A stretch of 45,640 nucleotides of DNA from Ministeria vibrans ATCC 50519 (lineage: Eukaryota; Protista; Filasterea), in assembly GCA_943704425.1 (NCBI GenBank), contig CALSCP010002524.1:1-45640 (forward strand), given 5' to 3'. Below the pieces are notes generated by a model. That model saw only the letters and a list, made by a program, of their open reading frames with translations, was not told the origin of the DNA and ran no database searches. The translations under genes and the position numbers were made by a program. Every line of letters begins with the position of its first letter. Within the stretch, counting starts at the first letter, position 1. Below are positions 41,202 to 45,640 of this stretch, piece by piece.

Positions 41202-43466
41202 TCAAAGATGAACATGGAAAAAGCATGTAGTCATCGTACTCGGTGTGCTGGCAGCGGGTGAACTGTGGCGGTGTTCGGGTGGAGTAAAGCTACTTGAGCT
41301 GCTGCGTCGTGGCAAGTCAACGGTCATACGGCGCGTCTCAGGGGGTAGCGTCGTGGTCGTTGTCGTCACGTCCGGCTGAGGGAGCGTTGCCTTTCCACGA
41401 CGACTCGAACGAGCAACCGCAACACGCCGTGAAAAAGTTCGAGCCATTCGTGCCACATAGGCAGACATGGCGGCGTCGGTGTCGACCTCTTCGAGCAAGA
41501 GAACGCCCAGGTCGTTAGCAGTGGACGCATCGGAGGAGGAGGCGGCGCCTTGAGCGGAGGAAACGGTGCGCAGAAGCCGACCGGGAGCCAAGGCAACCGC
41601 CTTGGCCGCAGATGTGAGCAGACGCCAGGGAGCAGAGAGAGATGAGCGCGGAGCGGACGGGCCATTGGATGCTGCGTACATGGTGTCGACGAGTGTCGGG
41701 TCAAGAAAGTCGCGTAGTTCGGGTGTGCGCACAGCCTCAGGATGAGATAGAAGCTCGAGGAGATAGCGATCAAGCTGTTCGCGTCGATCGTTCAGGTAGG
41801 AGCCTGTCATGCGAAGCAGACCGGCCGCGACAACCCAACGACGAGGGAATCGTGGCGTGGCAATACCGCGGGCACGCAGAGCACCGTTGAGCGCGTCAAA
41901 TTCGCGAAACCGTCGAGGCACGAGCCAGCCACAGACCACTTCGGAGGTGGCGGGGTCCACCGTGTTAACACGCACGGCAAACACAGCGTAGTCTTTGTCG
42001 GTGCCATGCTCGTAGTAGGGCACCGACACACGATAGGCACTGCCGGCTACAAGCAGCGCTGTCGACGGTCGCTGTGGCCCGTCATCGTCGTCGTCCAACG
42101 GCGGCGTGTGTGTGCTGTCCCCTCGCCAGATGGGCCGTATCGGCACGGAAGTGGTGCGCAATGTGCCGACGCTGAAGAGCGAGTCAGTCTCGCTAGCGTC
42201 GAATGTTGTCTCGTTGCCCGCGTCGCCCTCGTCGGCGGCCACATCAAAATCGGACTTGCCTAGCGTCTCAAGCTGTGCCCGGCCTTCGGGTGTGGTTGGA
42301 CGCAGCACGTCGCGCACAATGCGGTACATCTTGTCAGGGGCACTATTTTTGTTTTTTTTTTGGTTTTGTGATTTGTTTTAATTCGTGTTGTTTTTTGCAA
42401 GTGTTGTAAAGCAATATTGTAATGGGGGGGTGTCGTTAAATAAATTGGATGATGATCAAAGTTGAATCAAGGTTGAATCGAGGGATGGATGGGTCAATAT
42501 TGGATGAATAGGTGGACGTATCAAGATTGAGATTGGATGGATTGGTCTAAATTGAATTGACGGATGGATGTATGGATTTTTTTGAGTGAATTGATAGACC
42601 CTCCTCCTCCCCAACAACTCCCACTACTACTAATAATAAAACAACAATATTGATTATTTTTTGTACCTGAGGAGCGCGACGAGCGGCATGAGAGCGTTCT
42701 TGGCGAGCACCTCAGCGAGCAGACGACGTCCAGGAACGCACTGACGCTCGGCGGGTGGCAAGGCCAACGTCAAGAGCAAGTCAATGGCCTCTTTAAGATA
42801 CCGATGTTCGTGCTCAATCGACTCCAGTGCCCGATGAAGGCCCTTTCCAGTCGAGAGACACACATAAACACAAAAAAAGTTATTATTATTATTATTATTG
42901 TGTTTCTCGTCTGTTACCTCGCCTCGCCCTAACGAGTCAAAGGAACCCACGGTGGGACTTAGGACGGTCGACGAAGTCTGTGCATCGCGGCGTGCGACGT
43001 CGGCGTTGGATGCGGAGCGTCTCTTGAGCTGTCGGTCTCGTCGGTGCAATTGTTCGACGCTGCTCGCCCTCCGATAGCGCCGCACAAACGCCGCATACTC
43101 GTGAATCACATGCGCCACCAGCACCTGCACGCTCTGCTCGCGGCTGCGCTCAATCAGCACCTCCAGCAGGCGCGTCAGGACCCGCTCAACACCGCGCGGG
43201 AACGACGCGTCGGTCGACAGATCGCGATGCCACGCGTACACAAACCGCTCGACGATCAGACCAAGCACCCGCTTGATCGCACGCTCTGCAGGGCTTCCCT
43301 GTGCCCGCATCGCCTGCTCAAAATCCTCCGCCGCTATTCGTTTGACAAGTTCTTCACGCTCCCATCGTAATCGCACCACCAGGCGTCCGTGCGCCGCAAC
43401 CAGCGATAGCACCGCCACAACAAGCACGATCGCCACAAGGAGCGTCGCTATGAGGGGGAAGTTCAT
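41202..43466 (-). CDS. Sorting nexin of the SNX13/14/19/25 (Mdm1) type: N-terminal TM, PXA and PX domains; about 621 aa as read, 3' end uncertain
   Basis: Exons 43466-42918, 42842-42667, 42342-41202. TM LIATLLVAIVLVVAVLSLVAA; PXA IVERFVYAWHRDLSTDASFP...LHRALESIEHEHRYL...LLAEVLAKNALMPLVALLSAPD; PX VPRRFREFDAL...RREQLDRYLLELL...LRDFLDP. Confidence 0.85.
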
Positions 43467-43575
43467 AATAATTATGAAACTTCAAACTTGAGAATTGAGA
43501 TTATAAGAAAAATAATAAATGAATAGTTTTTTTATTTATCGACTTCTCTTGGTTGAGATTGTATCACCACGCATC

Positions 43576-44807
43576 ATGCCATCCAGTTTGGGTCTCAATG
43601 CTAAAACCAAGCGCGAGAAATATCGCGTAGGATTGCAAATTTATATATAGAAAACCTGATTTTGAACTTTCTTCGCTGTCTCTCGCTCTGCCGCTCCCTC
43701 CAGTTTGCCACTCTTGCCGAGATGGAACGACGGTTAGAACTGATCGTTTGGGACGATCCAGAGGAGCGGAAGGTTGCTGAGAGGCTCATCCAGGTCACAA
43801 ACTTCTCTTTTGTGTCTCATGTCGTTTTTTTGTTGACTTTTGTTCTGTTCTGTTTAGGCTCACAAAGACCAGACGTACCACGGCGTCTATTGCATCCGCG
43901 AATTTAAGCCCTACTATCACATGTCCTTTCTTGGCGATGCCTTTTTTTTCTTTCAGTGGTAAGTAAGAAATGAAAATTTTACATCATTATAATATTTTTA
44001 TTATCATTATATTTTTTGTTATAATAATTATTATGAATTGCCTTGTCAGCTCACTCGTTTCTTGAATGCCCTAACTCTGGGTTGTATTCTTCTTCTAATA
44101 ATAATATAATTATATGAATTGTCTTTGCAAACTCGCTCGTTTTTTTTGTGCAATCCTACCAACATAAAAAGTATTTCTTCCACACATTCTCCTATTTATT
44201 TTTTGTTTTGCATATAACTCTTTTTCCTTTTCATGCTGTTCATCAATTTGTATTTTGTATCACACGTTCCAGTCAGTGTTATATGTCTCACACTGGTTCT
44301 TGCAAAATTGCACTTTTCTCATTACAAATAAAATTTAATGTTTTTAGGGCCCGCGTTCACTACAACGGAGGCTTTCGTTACAGCCTGTCGCGATGGGGTG
44401 ACCGAGGTCGCTGCTGTGCAAAAACCTTCTATGTGCTCTCGTGTCTTGCCTGCGTCGAACAACTCGGCTACTTGTTTCTCTTTATGCTCTCCTTCATCAT
44501 GATCCTCTCGGCAGCCTTCATGGAACCCATCATCATGCTCTGTGGCATCCTTTGCTGCTGTGGCATACGTCGAAAGAAACAAGGACACACCTGGGACACG
44601 GTCACAACCATTCGCTGGACCAACCTGACCGACTCTGATCTGCGCGTCTACGGCAAAGCAGACCCCATCAAGTACACCAAGGCGAACAGTCGCGCCGAGT
44701 GTCTCTCCTTCAATATCCCCCCAATGATGCAATTCCTCGCTGGCATGAAAGACGAACGCGACTACATCTACGACATTGCCGACGACGAAGAGAAGCAGAA
44801 TTTGTAA
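43576..44807 (+). CDS. Uncharacterised membrane protein, about 233 aa
   Basis: Exons 43576-43626, 43704-43793, 43858-43958, 44348-44807 (702 nt, in frame, GT-AG). Hydrophobic segment LGYLFLFMLSFIMILSAAFMEPIIMLCGILCCCG followed by RRKK. Confidence 0.72.
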
Positions 44808-45374
44808 TAACAAAGTAATAAGAAAATAAATAGAGAATCGAGAGCTGTACTCAATGTCAAAACAAAACGATACACAAAACCAAGAGACGTAATAAATAAT
44901 ATTAACTTCATTTTAACCAATTTTGTCATAATTCGAGTTGGAAAAACTGAGCAACATTCAGCGCCCATCGACCCCCGTGATCACTCATATGTGCCATGGA
45001 TGTCCTCGCATGCGCGCCCGGTCCGGTCGTGGGCGCATCATTTTTATGCTACGGCGTCAAGTAAACCTTTATTCTTTACAGTTAAACAGTTTGTTTTAAA
45101 CAGTTTACGCACTTTTTTCTGCTTTCTTTTGGGTATTCCTATGAGGCGTGGGGCGGCTAAGGCTCCAGATTACTATGCAAAGCGGTTTGACAAGGGTAGT
45201 AATAATAAAAGAGTAAATCAGCGCCCGCAAGTCCACTGTGTAAAAAGAAATGCATAATTATTAAATTTTTACTTTATCCACTAATTTATTTACATAGTAA
45301 ATGTCAATGTTTTCCCTTTCGTTTGGTGATAGCAGTTATAACTGATTTCGTGTCTCAAAAACAAAGTTGATTTT

Positions 45375-45640
<266 letters not shown>

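Noticed and set aside
42843-42917. Poly-Asn insertion in the PXA domain as read in the ORF track
   Set aside because: It is a 75-nt in-frame GT-AG intron with AAT repeats.

Overview
Gene-dense eukaryotic genomic DNA with GC-rich exons and mostly short, AT-rich or microsatellite-filled GT-AG introns. The gene content (animal-like DOT1L and LIV-1 ZIP; FN2, TSP1 and Notch-type EGF modules) suggests a unicellular holozoan or related protist; this is inference. Manual splicing gives ten genes plus a possible fragment at the right edge. In order: a bacterial GlnA4-like glutamine-synthetase-family gene (runs off the left edge), a PAQR/AdipoR receptor, a Kelch + 21xEGF + acidic metal-binding-motif single-pass receptor whose ATG is split by an intron, DOT1, LEO1, RPL27A (5'TOP leader, 9-nt micro-exon), a LIV-1 ZIP with an expanded ectodomain, a giant (>=7,121 aa) probably secreted mosaic protein, a TM-PXA-PX sorting nexin lacking RGS/Nexin_C, and an orphan membrane protein. 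The main candidate for a novel system is the giant gene. It appears to be one long beta-strand/short-helix repeat scaffold ending in an amphipathic helical region, interrupted repeatedly by inserted cassettes (EGF, Cys-rich repeats, FN2, C2, discoidin-like, LamG, a tandem 6-Cys repeat) and polybasic cleavage motifs. Its 5' end is unresolved and abuts the truncated sorting nexin. All domain calls are from motif recognition by eye; no searches were run.
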